NCBI GenBank assembly: GCA_024626585.2
Contig: JANKJI020000004.1
Coordinates: 86,766,800 to 86,788,877 of the forward strand
Origin: Ginkgo biloba
Lineage: Eukaryota; Plantae; Ginkgophyta
DNA length: 22,078 nt
Direction of reading: 5' to 3'
The notes under the pieces were generated by a model. It saw only the letters and a list, made by a program, of their open reading frames with translations. It was not told the origin of the DNA and searched no databases. Shown piece by piece: positions 1-11,582 of this stretch. Within the stretch, counting starts at the first letter, position 1. Each line of letters begins with the position of its first letter. A program made the translations under genes and the position numbers.

Positions 1-1299
1 ATTGCTTAATATCCCTCAAAACAATATTGATTATCAAAGTGCACATAATTGCTACCTCACACGAGGATCATATTACAATTTTCATGCTAGAAGATTTTAA
101 GATTCAAGAAGGAGAAATGGATAATCTAAGATTTTCCATTATCCCATTTTGTTACCTTTGGACTTATCAGGCTTCACCTAAAAGCTTTGGTAGGCTCTCC
201 TTTTTTCAAACTCCCTCTTCTAAGTTTGGAAAAGATTTTATAATAATCCAAGCTACTACAACTTTCGACTCCGTTAACTAATTGTTTGTTTCATCTTCTT
301 GGTTGAAGCTAGTTGACATGGACACTTGTGACATGGTGAAGAGCCAATGCGGAAGTTGAGATAGAGTGTTGAAGGCTCCAAAGTGCCCTAGCGTAGTGTC
401 GGGCCTTTTTGCGATTCTTTCGGGCAAGTTTGCTTTTTGTCAATCTCCTTGATTACAATTTTCTCTAAGCCATTGATGTACCTTGACAAATTCTAATCGT
501 TGATTTGTCATATATTTTTGTATTTTTATACCTTTCTCCTATTACATTGTCAGGGATTTTTGTACTTTTGCACTTTAAGTCATTGATCTACTTTAGTCAA
601 TCTTAGCCATTGATTTGTTAGAGCTTTTTGCCATGTCAAAGCCTTTTGTTGATTTTCGGAGCCTTTTGAATTTTTTCATTTTACTCTGATAGAACTTTAG
701 CATTTGCTGAAGTTGAGTTGAATTATCCATCCTACAAGAACTAGCTTTCACTAATATGTTGCTAATTCTAAGATGTTATTAGACGGAGCTTGCTGATGAC
801 TCAAGTCCACCACCTCATCATTCTACGCTGCTTTGGATAAATTGATGGAATATAAGATTTTGTTTGGACTTACATCAACTTATTTTACATTTTGTGAACT
901 TAGTTTCTATTTTTTAAGTTCCTTTAACAACTTTTCTCCTTAACCAAAATCATAGGACTCAATGCAAATTGGTCATCCCACCATGAACATTCCACAATTA
1001 TTCAAACTCTGGCATAGTTTCATAATTATTCTCTACCTCCACAAGAATATAATTGTCGATGATTTGATTCCGCCATCGATGAATCTCAACTTTGTCAACC
1101 TGCAATATGTTGCACCATTGATGTTGGGAGACTAAAATTTTCATCATATGTCATTGACTCTCGCATTCATATTCTCTACAAATCTCAATCACGACCACTA
1201 TTAGCACCTATGATTAGGAACTCCGTGTTCAATGTAGATCAGCAACGACACCAAATGTCGAGTATAGACTCATACTTTCCCAAGTTATGGATCTAGATT
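1..1299 (-). mobile_element. 5' part of a decayed Athila-like LTR retrotransposon on the minus strand (LTR edge, PBS, leader)
   Basis: Minus strand reads ...ACA TT TGGTGTCGTTGCTG, an LTR end plus a decayed tRNA-Asp PBS. No recognisable gag further along, so the extent is uncertain. Confidence 0.55.
1240..1253 (-). promoter_or_regulatory. Primer binding site, tRNA-Asp type
   Basis: TGGTGTCGTTGCTG versus canonical TGGCGCCGTTGCCG; all three differences are C>T. Lies 2 nt after a terminal CA. Confidence 0.7.
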
Positions 1300-1399
1300 N
1301 NNNNNNNNNNNNNNNNNNNNNNNNNNNNNNNNNNNNNNNNNNNNNNNNNNNNNNNNNNNNNNNNNNNNNNNNNNNNNNNNNNNNNNNNNNNNNNNNNNN

Positions 1400-2445
1400 G
1401 CCCCTTTAATCAAAATTTTTTTAACTTTAGCAAATTTTTGAAATTTTTTTAATTTTTCAAAAAAATCTTCCAGCGTCGCAATTTTTCGGATTTCTCCGCA
1501 ATTTCTCGAATTTTTTCGCGTATCTTCGTGCTCCTCTGCTCTGCGCATCCTCTGTGTAATCCTTCGTCCTCGATTGATCTTTCAGAATGTTGCCGCGTGC
1601 TTCCGTTCACGGCTTCGTGAGTTCTGGTTAATTATGCGCGTTCTTTCCGCGTTATCTCCGACGAATCTTTCTGCATTCTTCCTGGCGAACTTTGCAAACT
1701 CCGCGATGATCCGTGTCTTCTCCAACGCACAGGTTTCTCGGTGAGGTCCTTCACACGTTCTGTTCTCCATGGCAACTGGTCTCAGACTCCACGAGTTCTT
1801 CACAGAATCGGATCTCTGTGCTCTGCTCCCTCCTACTCGACGCGTCTTGGTTTCCACAGATGCAACGGATTTGTTCTTCACAGATACAGTGTTTGTAGTA
1901 ATGAACTTCGATCTTCACACAATTTTCGGTGGTTTCCGTTAGATTTCATGCGTTCCCTCCAGGTGGATAGAAGATTATCTTCTGGTCTCTGGTTTCTCCA
2001 CGCCTTGTCTTCTTTGCGCCCTACTTCAAAGCAATGGTGGTTTACTTGCATATCTTCTCTATCCTCCATTTGGTGAGGCTTTCTACTACACCCATGGTCT
2101 ATTGCACCAACTTTCCAGCAATCTCTGCTCCACAGCGACGGTTGGTGAGTGGTTTTTTTCCATAGCTCAGTTTTTCTCCACAACTCTGCTCTGGATTTCA
2201 CCTTCAGCGTATTCTCCAGCTTCTCCAGCACTAGTCTATGCTCCAATGGTCCACTTACAGCCTTCACTGGTGAATTCTCCCACGAAATCTCTGATGTGAC
2301 CTTGCAATTCTTCAGGTTTTCCGTTCCAAGGAGAATTTCTCCCACTCCAACAGCAACAGCATCAGTTTCCCAATTTTCTCCCAGAATCTTCCAGAATTCT
2401 GGTTCACCTCCACTCGATTTCTGAATTCTTATCAGCGATTCTACA
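1400..2445. other. CpG-rich, pyrimidine-skewed contig of unknown identity
   Basis: Many CG dinucleotides and recurrent ctctgctc / ttcttcacaga / ttctccagc motifs, unlike the CpG-poor flanks; bounded by two 100-N gaps. Confidence 0.5.
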
Positions 2446-4459
2446 NNNNNNNNNNNNNNNNNNNNNNNNNNNNNNNNNNNNNNNNNNNNNNNNNNNNNNN
2501 NNNNNNNNNNNNNNNNNNNNNNNNNNNNNNNNNNNNNNNNNNNNNATTCACCAAACACGATTCACCAGACCATAAAAATTTAGGGTTCTATCGAATACAT
2601 AATTTCAAAAGCATCTTCTTTCACCTTTAACAATGATTATACTATCCAAGAACGAGATAATCACAAAAGGAATTCAAGTTGTTGACCAAATGAAAGTCAA
2701 CATTATCACTAGTTGCCATATGGTGACCCTCATTTTGGTTCAATTTGGAACTCGAAAATATCCTCTTTGTAATAGATTTATTACACAATAAATAATAATT
2801 GGCATTAACAATGATATTAACTAACATTAATCAATATTAATTAAGGTGGTTATGAAAAGTTACAACCAATCGTTGTGAATTTTATAGTTGTACCTATTGA
2901 CTTGGTATATATCACTCCCATGAACTATTTGTAATCATCAATTGTATTGAGCATTTGGTCATTAAGGAACACCCAAGAATTGTGTTTATTTTTTTTCTTA
3001 CTACCATGCATTGCAACATATATTCATGTGTGCTTAGCTGATAGCTATTACTCTTAACCTATCCAATAGTCATTATAATGGTGTTAAAGCCTAGCCAAAA
3101 TTCTAAGCCTAAAAAGGCAACATATATATTCAACCAATTTAATGTATCATTCATTGCCAATAGCTTCCGCTACTACCCACAAAGAAAAATAAGAAAATAT
3201 AACTGTGTCCTCTTAACCATCCATACATAATTTATGATAAAGGAAACGAAAAAAGAGCAACATACAACCACATATCAAGCACCAAATATGATGATGAAAA
3301 AATAACATCTGCTTAAAAGTCTACTACAAATTTGATCTCATGTTAAATTTATAGAATAAAACTCAACTACAGTTCAAGAATAAACTAATCATTGAAAATA
3401 ATTGACTCACCCATAATTGCATCCTTTGCGGCCTATCCATATAGTCTATGGATCATGACCCTAAACTATCATTGCATCTCTTCAATGAATGTCTAGGCTA
3501 TAAGCTTTTATCGACCCATAAACACATCAAGAGACATGTCTCTTAGAAATAGTCATAATCCTTCAACTTCTATAGCAACGCTATAGAAATCAGAGTGCAC
3601 AACTAAACATAATTTCATACTCCCAAGGATCTTCTCTTCACACAAAGCTGAAATTTGCAAAACACAATCAACACTTGAAAGATGGGAAAACTGCTACAAG
3701 AAAACTCCTCTATAAAATAACAACTACAATACACAATACAANNNNNNNNNNNNNNNNNNNNNNNNNNNNNNNNNNNNNNNNNNNNNNNNNNNNNNNNNNN
3801 NNNNNNNNNNNNNNNNNNNNNNNNNNNNNNNNNNNNNNNNNTTAATAAATGTGACTCACTAAATGAATGTGACCCTAATGACATTAATTTCCAACAAACA
3901 CCTGTGTCTCTTAGGCATAACTCCAAAAAGTATGTAAACATTATGGGAGACCTTCCAATGTCAAACATGCAAGGCTAGGGAAGAGTAGTCATCATGATGA
4001 TTCTTTCAAATCTCCGTAGACTAGGTACAATTGATGAAAGATCATCTTTTCATGGTCATGAGGATGAAAGCATTCATAGTAGAGAAAACTCGAATGGAGT
4101 TCTTTTGACGGTTTATGGTTATGGCTAGGGAGCAATTGTTAGAAGTCAACAAATCCAGGAAAATTTCACCTTTAGATAAGGGAAAGAAGTTGAGATAAGA
4201 AATGAAGCTAGTATACATATATTACAACTTATGACAACATTGCTTAGAGAGGTAATGAGGAGAGAGAAAGTCAAGCAAATGCAGGACCAAGGTTAAGCCA
4301 TAGAAGGCCGCCTCCAACAAGATGATGACACATGGAAAATGACACCAAAGAAGAGCATTTAATGTTAGGGCATCGACAACACCAAGTCCAACAATTCTAT
4401 GAAGGTTTTCAACCTAGATTCTTTATAAATTTAGAAGTTGCAAGGGCTTGGGAAACTTT

Positions 4460-5630
4460 CTAGCTTACATTATGATCATTTGGCTTAGGTCACTAACATA
4501 TTCTTTTTTGGCTTTAATTCCATGCTCTTAGTTGGGCACTTTTACAAAGGCTATTATTTTATGTATAATTGAGCTATTTTAGGTTTGGGAAGGTGATGTC
4601 TCACCTAATCCCTTTTCTGCATCATCATTGTTGGGGCACTACTTGCTAAGGGTGGTATCTCATCCTATTGAGTAATTTCAGATCAAACTCATTATCTTTA
4701 GCTCTAGAAGGGTCNNNNNNNNNNNNNNNNNNNNNNNNNNNNNNNNNNNNNNNNNNNNNNNNNNNNNNNNNNNNNNNNNNNNNNNNNNNNNNNNNNNNNN
4801 NTCTAGCTCCAGGCTTGGGAATAAGGTGTTTTCATCCATAAACACCTTCAACATCTTTAGTTAAAACATTTTGAACGAGTAATTTCCCCACTTCTATGAG
4901 TATTCAAAAACCCTAATTCTATAAAATTATTTCTAGAATTTTGTACATTAATATAAATTGTCTACAGATAAATTAACATAAGTTATGTCTATTTGAAATT
5001 CTACATTCTANNNNNNNNNNNNNNNNNNNNNNNNNNNNNNNNNNNNNNNNNNNNNNNNNNNNNNNNNNNNNNNNNNNNNNNNNNNNNNNNNNNNNNNNNN
5101 NNNNNNNNNNCACATGACCCTCAACATATTAAGTCATTGAGACTAGGTACATTAGGTACACAAAGCATATTGAGTTTATTAAGTAAACATAAGGTAAATA
5201 AAGTGAACATTAATATTCTAACAACATCTCACCGAATCCTATTATTGTATCTTTGTTGTTGAGCACTATTTTCTAAGAGTGACATCTCACCTTGTAGAGG
5301 TTTTCTAGACCATATTCATCATGTATAGATCTAAGAGGCCGAGGAAGGTGAAGTAGGCTACTTGGAAGACTGCATGGCACATTGAGAGGCAACATAGGGT
5401 TGTATTACAAAGTGGTCCAATTTCTAGGTTGAAAACAAGGAATTTTCATCCACAAAAACCTTGAGCATCTTCAGATGGAGCATTTTAACTGGGTATGTCT
5501 CCCAATTTTGTAAGTAATAAAAAACCCCAATTCTGTAAAATCTTTTCCAGAATTTTGTAAACTAATAGAAGTTATCTACAAATAAATTAGTATAAGTTGT
5601 ATGTGCTTGAAACTCTATTTTCTATCTACA
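4460..5630 (+). repeat. Two diverged colinear copies of an LTR-like segment (~4460-5010 and ~5111-5630)
   Basis: Examples: tgtctcacctaatccc..gttggggcactac vs catctcaccgaatcct..gttgagcactat; ttttcatccataaacacctt vs ttttcatccacaaaaacctt; aaaaccctaattctataaaat vs aaaaccccaattctgtaaaat. Confidence 0.75.
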
Positions 5631-7190
5631 TAAATTAATATAAGTTGGTTGAATAAGTCTTTATGTATGATTGGTACATAGAGAGTAGGGTGTCTCCTCC
5701 AGAGGCTTATCTAGGTTCATTTATGGCTATTAATCATTTTTATGATGCATGGCATAATTTATTGATTGAGGAAACCTTTCCTTCACCATGCAAACCAATT
5801 TCCCTATGTTTGTAGAAACCCTCGATTGGTGTCTAGGGGTGACTTGGCTTGATAGTTGGGAATCTGCTAAGGGATGATGGATATCCCCTATTGATATACT
5901 TATTATCCTATATGCATGAACCTCTTAGGGAAAAACTAGCAATGGATAAAGCAATACTCAAAGATGAGGTTTTTGGTACCTGCCCGTGATTTACCCTCAA
6001 GGTAGCTTATTATATAGATATTGGTGTAGTTAGATGGTTCGTTGACCCCAACAACATCTAACTAGTTATTAGGTTATTGATTAGTCATTTGGTTTCTAAA
6101 CCTTACTAGTGATTAATATATATCAATAACTGCTAGTAGGGTGGAACCCTAACTACTGGGGTATCCAAGTGCCAAATAACTTGTTTCTACAATATTGCCA
6201 TAAATTGCCATAAACAAATATTTGCATATATAGGAATGTGTATCAATGATTATCATGATTGTGTAAGATATCTTTATCATTGAATGAATGGATATACCCC
6301 TCTATATTATCTTGTGTTTGTGGGCTATTATAGTGGTAATAGAGCCCTGGGGAGACAAAGATTCCAAGATAGAAGTTAAGATTTTTAAGAAGTTAGCAAG
6401 CATGGAGAAGAGAATGAAGAAATTGGAAGAACAATACCAAAAGCTAGAGATCCTTACCTATGAATGTAGGAGGAAGAGGGTGGAAAGAGAACGGTTAAAT
6501 ACCTTCTAATGAAAGTACAAGAAGAGCCAATAATTTTTTTTTTTTGAAGAGGTTTAGAGTGAATTAGAAGATTCATAAGACAGAAAGCCACAACATAACA
6601 AAGCCCAACAAGAATCAAAGTTGTTTCAAAATGTGAAGCTATTGAAGAAGGTATAGATCCCAGACTTCGATGAAGGAGAAGTAGGATCATCTTTTAGATC
6701 ATGGTTAAGGACAATGGAGATAAAGTGACCATGGTCGCATTTGCTTTCAAGGAACCCACTATTGGAATAGCGTTCAAATGGAGAGAGAATATGGNNNNNN
6801 NNNNNNNNNNNNNNNNNNNNNNNNNNNNNNNNNNNNNNNNNNGTTTGCACCTCGAAATGAGATGCATGAAACATATGGTCAAGTCAGAGGCCTAATATAG
6901 GGTAGAACAATGTAAGAATTTAGCAACAAGTCAGATGGACTTTTTGCATGCCTTTTAGACTTACCCATGAGGTACAAAATTCCATTTCTTGCGGAGGTTG
7001 AAGTTATATATTCGTTGAGGGGTACAAGTGACAAGGGCAAAGATCATTGAAGATGGATTAAATAATGCATTGCAAATAGAATTCCACAAACCACTAAAGT
7101 AGAATCATCTAAGAAGCCATTCCAACTTAAGGAGGAGTCCTCAACATGTAAGAAATCTTTCTTTGAGAAAGAGAAGAAGCCTTTGATCAA
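5111..7190 (+). mobile_element. Ty3/gypsy element copy A: LTR 3' part (ends ~6332), iMet PBS, degenerate gag
   Basis: gtgggctattaTA-g-TGGTAATAGAGCC, then gag remnant KVTMVAFAFKEPT and a C-terminal stretch (aagaagccattcca) homologous to copy C. Left boundary uncertain. Confidence 0.7.
6334..6346 (+). promoter_or_regulatory. Primer binding site, tRNA-iMet type (degenerate)
   Basis: TGGTAATAGAGCC versus TGGTATCAGAGCC (2 mismatches), just after an LTR-like end. Confidence 0.7.
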
Positions 7191-7849
7191 TTTTTTTTTT
7201 TCNNNNNNNNNNNNNNNNNNNNNNNNNNNNNNNNNNNNNNNNNNNNNNNNNNNNNNNNNNNNNNNNNNNNNNNNNNNNNNNNNNNNNNNNNNNNNNNNNN
7301 NNGATTTTAAATATATTATTTATTATTTATGTTTTAGAGAGTTCAAAGTGGTTTGGGGGGGGAGATTGGGCATATATATTTTTTTAAAGTTATATAGTAT
7401 AGATAGATGTGTGCTCAGAGTTATTTTATTCTTTTTATAATTAGATATATTGGTTAATTTATATTCATTTATAATTTGTTTTAATTTTATAAAGGCTATA
7501 CGTGATTTATAAAATAGTGTTAGATTATTTTTTATCGTGTTTGTTCTATATACATAAAACTAGATTTTGCTCTACGTGCAAATTCTAACCCCTTTTGTAC
7601 ATTAAGTGATATAGTAATATAAAATACCCATTGTCCCCTTTGTATACAATTGTATACAATTTTTGAAATCTTTAATTAAATAAACCCCTTGTATAACACA
7701 CGTGGTATGTACAAAAAACCTTTAATAACCCCCCCAGGCCATATAAGTGGTTCACATGGCCAACAATAAAGACTATAGTCATTTGTTTCAAGTTAGCCTT
7801 AATCTGAATAATCCCACTTCTGAAACTTTTCATATACCTACTTTATGCA

Positions 7850-8568
7850 TAATGTTAACATAAATTAGTATAAGTAAATATTTACATATATGTGAAAGTT
7901 TATCATTGCTTATCATGATTATAAATAATGTCTTTGTTATTGTATGGATACATATTATCATAACTATTGTAAGTTTTAACTATGTTAGCATGCAAGTTCA
8001 GAGGCAAGTTGTTATAGTGGTATTAGAGCTCCAGGGAGCTAGAAGGTTCCAAGTGTGAAATTGGAGATCTCAAGGAAGTTGAAAACTATTGAATGGAAGG
8101 TTAAGAAGTTGGAGAATAAGCAAACAAAACCAAACAATCTAATTGTGTGAGGAAATGGGAAGAAAAAAAACTGATGAAGGAATCTTAAACAACAAAATAA
8201 GAACTAATTAGATTTTCTGCAAATGAAGAGATGTAAGGTGAATCTGATGGTTCATAAGAGCAAGAATTGGCATATAAAAGAGCTTGATAGGAGCAATACT
8301 ACAAAATGTGAAGCAACTAAAGAATATCTAGATTCTTGATTTCTATAAGAGAAAAATGGGAGCATCATTTAGGTCATAGATAAGAGCAATAAAGACTTTC
8401 TTCAAATCTTTTAATCGTTTAGATGAAAATAAAGTAAACATGGTCACATTTGTTCTCAAGGGACCCACTCAAGAGTGGTGGAATGACATACAAACAAAAG
8501 TAGAAGATGGAATGTAGCCCCCATGATGAGGGAAATTCTACCCCATCATTTGCCTCAAGAAACTAGTA
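7850..8568 (+). mobile_element. Ty3/gypsy element copy B: LTR end (~8016), iMet PBS, gag 5' remnant, interrupted at ~8569
   Basis: Colinear homology with ~6200-6780; gag motif FKSFNRLDENKVNMVTFVLKGPTQEWWNDI at ~8401-8490. Confidence 0.75.
8018..8029 (+). promoter_or_regulatory. Primer binding site, tRNA-iMet type
   Basis: TGGTATTAGAGC, 1 mismatch to TGGTATCAGAGC, following gttgttaTA-g. Confidence 0.8.
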
Positions 8569-9304
8569 TGTAATGCTTAAATTAAAATGGAAAAGGGGTT
8601 CTCATTGTAGAAATTTGTTATGTATTGGAACTTGTGTCCTAAGTCATGAAAAGTCTAGTTTCGGCTTAATAATGTCATAGTAAGTGTGAAAAGTCATCTT
8701 TAATGGTTTAAAAGTTGATTGGAGTCAAAAAGTTACCCTTGGGGTATGTTGAGGGCAACTAGATTAAGGTTACCTTCAATAAATTATGAAGGTAACCTAA
8801 TCGGGACTTACCATCAGAGTAGGTTGAGAGTAGCTCATATGTGAAAATTGGTTTTGGTTACCCTCAAACTTCTTTTAGGGTAGATCATATGATATCATTA
8901 GTTAAAATGAAACTATAAATTCAAGTCGTTGGGATGCTATTATACTAATGTATAAATTGTTGATCATTAATGAAAGAGAAGCAATCTTTCTAGTTATTGA
9001 AGGATAGTTCAACAATGCCCTAGCTAGCTCTGAAGAGCCCTGGATGGAAGGATCCCCATCTGGCACCAGGTGCTAATTGCCTCTTAGATAAGATTTAATT
9101 CCTTTCGTTTGATTCAATTATGTTTTGGAGTAGTTATAGTTTCATACTAGTTTATTCCATGTTCTATTAGTTGCCCCACTCTGGCATTCCTTTGTTAGTA
9201 GAATCATAGACAGCAAAAGAACTTCCATCGTTCAATCACCATTGTAAGTTAGGCCCTAAGTTTATAATTTAATGACAGTCTTATGGAATTGACAACCCCT
9301 ATCA
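8569..9304 (+). mobile_element. 5' LTR of an Athila-like element
   Basis: Starts TGTAATG where copy-B gag homology stops; TATA-like ctataaat at ~8913; ends ...acccctatCA just before a PBS. The start position is inferred. Confidence 0.6.
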
Positions 9305-9308
9305 TTTT

Positions 9309-9326
9309 TGGCATCATCGTCGAGGA
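9309..9326 (+). promoter_or_regulatory. Primer binding site, tRNA-Asp type (degenerate)
   Basis: TGGCATCATCGTCGAGGA versus TGGCGCCGTTGCCGGGGA: 12/18 identical, all mismatches transitions; upstream of an Athila-like gag. Confidence 0.65.
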
Positions 9327-9653
9327 TGGTGATCTGTTGTGCAAAGAAGCAATTACATATAGGCATGATGTCTCATAAGAATTAATCCAAATTAGACACT
9401 AAACAACTTGTGAGAAGGCATGAGCAATTGGCCACAGNNNNNNNNNNAAGATTTACAACAATCTAGAGATAGGAAAAAAACATTGAGAACCTAACCCTTT
9501 CAATTGCTAAAGAAAGAGTTTCATTGGAAAAGGAGGCAATCATGGGTGAACCAAAGACATGCAAGCTGCAAGAAATAACAATGAGGATGTAATATAGAAC
9601 CTGAAATGATCAATTTTACAATTGCTATAACAACAAATACCAAAACAAGCTCA

Positions 9654-10002
9654 ATGAAGAACATTCCCCCAGCTACTCTTCCTCATTTTTGGTGCAAAGC
9701 CTGGAGGATTTGTATGCCTTTACGTTCAAATTTCACATGTTGTGTCAAAATTACGTCTACCTCACTAATGCCCAAAAACTAAAATTGTTTTCATCCACAT
9801 TAAAGGGAGAAATGTTAGGATACTTTATAAGTTTGGAAGACAAATCCATTAGCACATGGGACCAAATGCGTAGAATCTTCTTGAAGAAGTACTCGAGGTA
9901 TTGTCAGGATGCAAATTTTTGAGAAGAGGTTCTATGCCTAAAGAGAGAAGAGGATGAGTCCCTTGAAGACTATACTAAGCATTTGGATTACCTCACAAGA
10001 AG
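9654..10002 (+). pseudogene. gag: Athila-like gag, N-terminal half, frameshifted and truncated by an insertion
   Basis: MKNIPPATLPHF/..SLEDLYAFTFKFHMLCQNYVYLTNAQKLKLFSSTLKG..ISTWDQMRRIFLKKY..*EEVLCLKREEDESLEDY, a Retrotrans_gag pattern. Confidence 0.85.
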
Positions 10003-10424
10003 TGTAACAACCCACTTCCTTAGAAATATTAACAATAAATAATATACATAAGTAAAGTGTAGAAACATCTACCACTTTAACACATGAATATTTATTTATG
10101 TCAACTTTAGCATGTCAGTGGTTAGTATGTTAATTGTTAGTAGGGAAGGTCTTTTCAATATGTTCTCTAGTACTATTAGTTGGTCATGGGGATTACTTAT
10201 GGAACTATCCTACATGGGAAGCAAAACCTCTAGTGCATAAATACCACTATCATCCTGTAGTAGCTATTATCGATCTATTAGAGTCTACCCCTCAACCCCA
10301 CTCTAGGAGAGGATGCCAAGCCTTCGACATCATGGATTCTGTTTTCCCATTTGAGAAAACCATCCAACCTCCTTCTTGACAGTATGGGTTTATTTCAAAA
10401 CCTTATGGTTATACTAATAACCCT
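10003..10424 (-). mobile_element. Nested LTR fragment inserted in gag
   Basis: Abrupt TGTAACAACCC at the gag break. The reverse-complement end gtgggttgttaca resembles the copy A/B LTR ends. Runs into a gap; orientation inferred. Confidence 0.6.
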
Positions 10425-10639
10425 NNNNNNNNNNNNNNNNNNNNNNNNNNNNNNNNNNNNNNNNNNNNNNNNNNNNNNNNNNNNNNNNNNNNNNNNNNNN
10501 NNNNNNNNNNNNNNNNNNNNNNNNATAAGAATAGGATTTAGAGTAAAAGTATAGGCAAGCAACAATTATACTGATAACCACACAATAGATGATTCAAAAA
10601 TACTAAAACTTTTAATCAACCCCATTGTTTATGAAGAAG

Positions 10640-10890
10640 CTCACACCATTTTACAAATGGCAGATAGATCCATGGTGCAACCTGAAGGGAGATTGGATGA
10701 TGTTACGAACTCAATAGCCAATTGGGTGTACCCAACAAATTTTGTGGTGTTCCAGCAAAAGAAGGATTTAGAAGGGTACCCCATCGTTCTTGAGTGCCCA
10801 TGGCTTGCCACCCAACATGTTATGATTGCATGTCCTATATGAAAGATGGCCATTGCTCATGGTACTATACAAAGGTACTTAACATTATGT
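10640..10890 (+). pseudogene. pol: Athila-like aspartic protease, C-terminal half
   Basis: TILQMADRSMVQPEGRLDDVTNSIANWVYPTNFVV..GYPIVLECPWLAT matches the LQLADRS..P.G..EDV..DF.V..P.ILGRPWLAT pattern; the catalytic Asp motif is not present. Confidence 0.85.
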
Positions 10891-11269
10891 AGGGATGCTC
10901 AACCAATGGAAACATAGGCTCATAAACAACTAGAATGGGTGGAATCTAAAGAAGAATCAGATGAAGATGCTAAAGGTTATCATTTCTTGACTTCAAAGTG
11001 GAATGCTAAAGATGAACAAATTTATTAGGTGATGCCTATAGAGGTGCTACGCTCTCTAAAAGATGGGGAAGAAGATGATAAGCTTTGTAAGATTTTGCAG
11101 GGAACGAATTTGATCCTTATTTAGACCCGATACTCTAAATTTAGGAGAAAGATCAACAATTTATGGTGATTATTTCATCAGACACCATGCCATGTGAGAT
11201 AATAGGAACCTTCTTATCAGTAAAATTCAGAGAGAGAGAAACTTCCAACTCTTGCAAAAATACAAAGCA

Positions 11270-11582
11270 GTTTCCCATGGAACCACACATATTTGAGGGA
11301 ACCAGTCCCTCAATCTATCAACACTATATCTTTACAAAGGATGACATCAAACCTATTTGACAACCACAAAAGAGACTCAATCCCATGATGATGCAAGTAG
11401 TCAAGGAGGAATTGGAGAAATTGTTGATGGCAGGTATGATTTATCTAATATCCAACAATCAATGGATGTCCATACTGGAAAAGAGTGGAAAATGGTGGAT
11501 ATCCATGGACTATAGGATGCTCAATAAGGCTACTTGAGAGGACCATTTCCTTCTACACTTTGTGAACCAAGTTTTTGGAATT
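11270..11582 (+). pseudogene. pol: Athila-like reverse transcriptase N-terminus, truncated before YxDD
   Basis: KPI*QPQKRLNPMMMQVVKEELEKLLMAGMIYLISNNQWMSIL-EKSGKWWISMDYRMLNKAT*EDHFLLHFVNQV. Confidence 0.9.

Noticed and set aside
1878-1881. GTGA stop/start overlap suggesting an operon
   Set aside because: Eukaryotic repeat context, no recognisable proteins or ribosome-binding site; likely chance.
3405-3465. Minus-strand AG...GG|GTGAGT candidate exon
   Set aside because: Stops occur in all three frames after the nearest acceptor, and there is no match to the expected next GST2N exon.
3842-4460. Purine-rich coding-like stretch
   Set aside because: Many stops and no recognisable motif; probably decayed TE sequence but not assignable.
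6288-6509. 73-aa ORF with a hydrophobic N-terminus and coiled coil, resembling a membrane protein
   Set aside because: It spans an LTR end, PBS and gag leader, and the paralogous copy B does not keep the frame.
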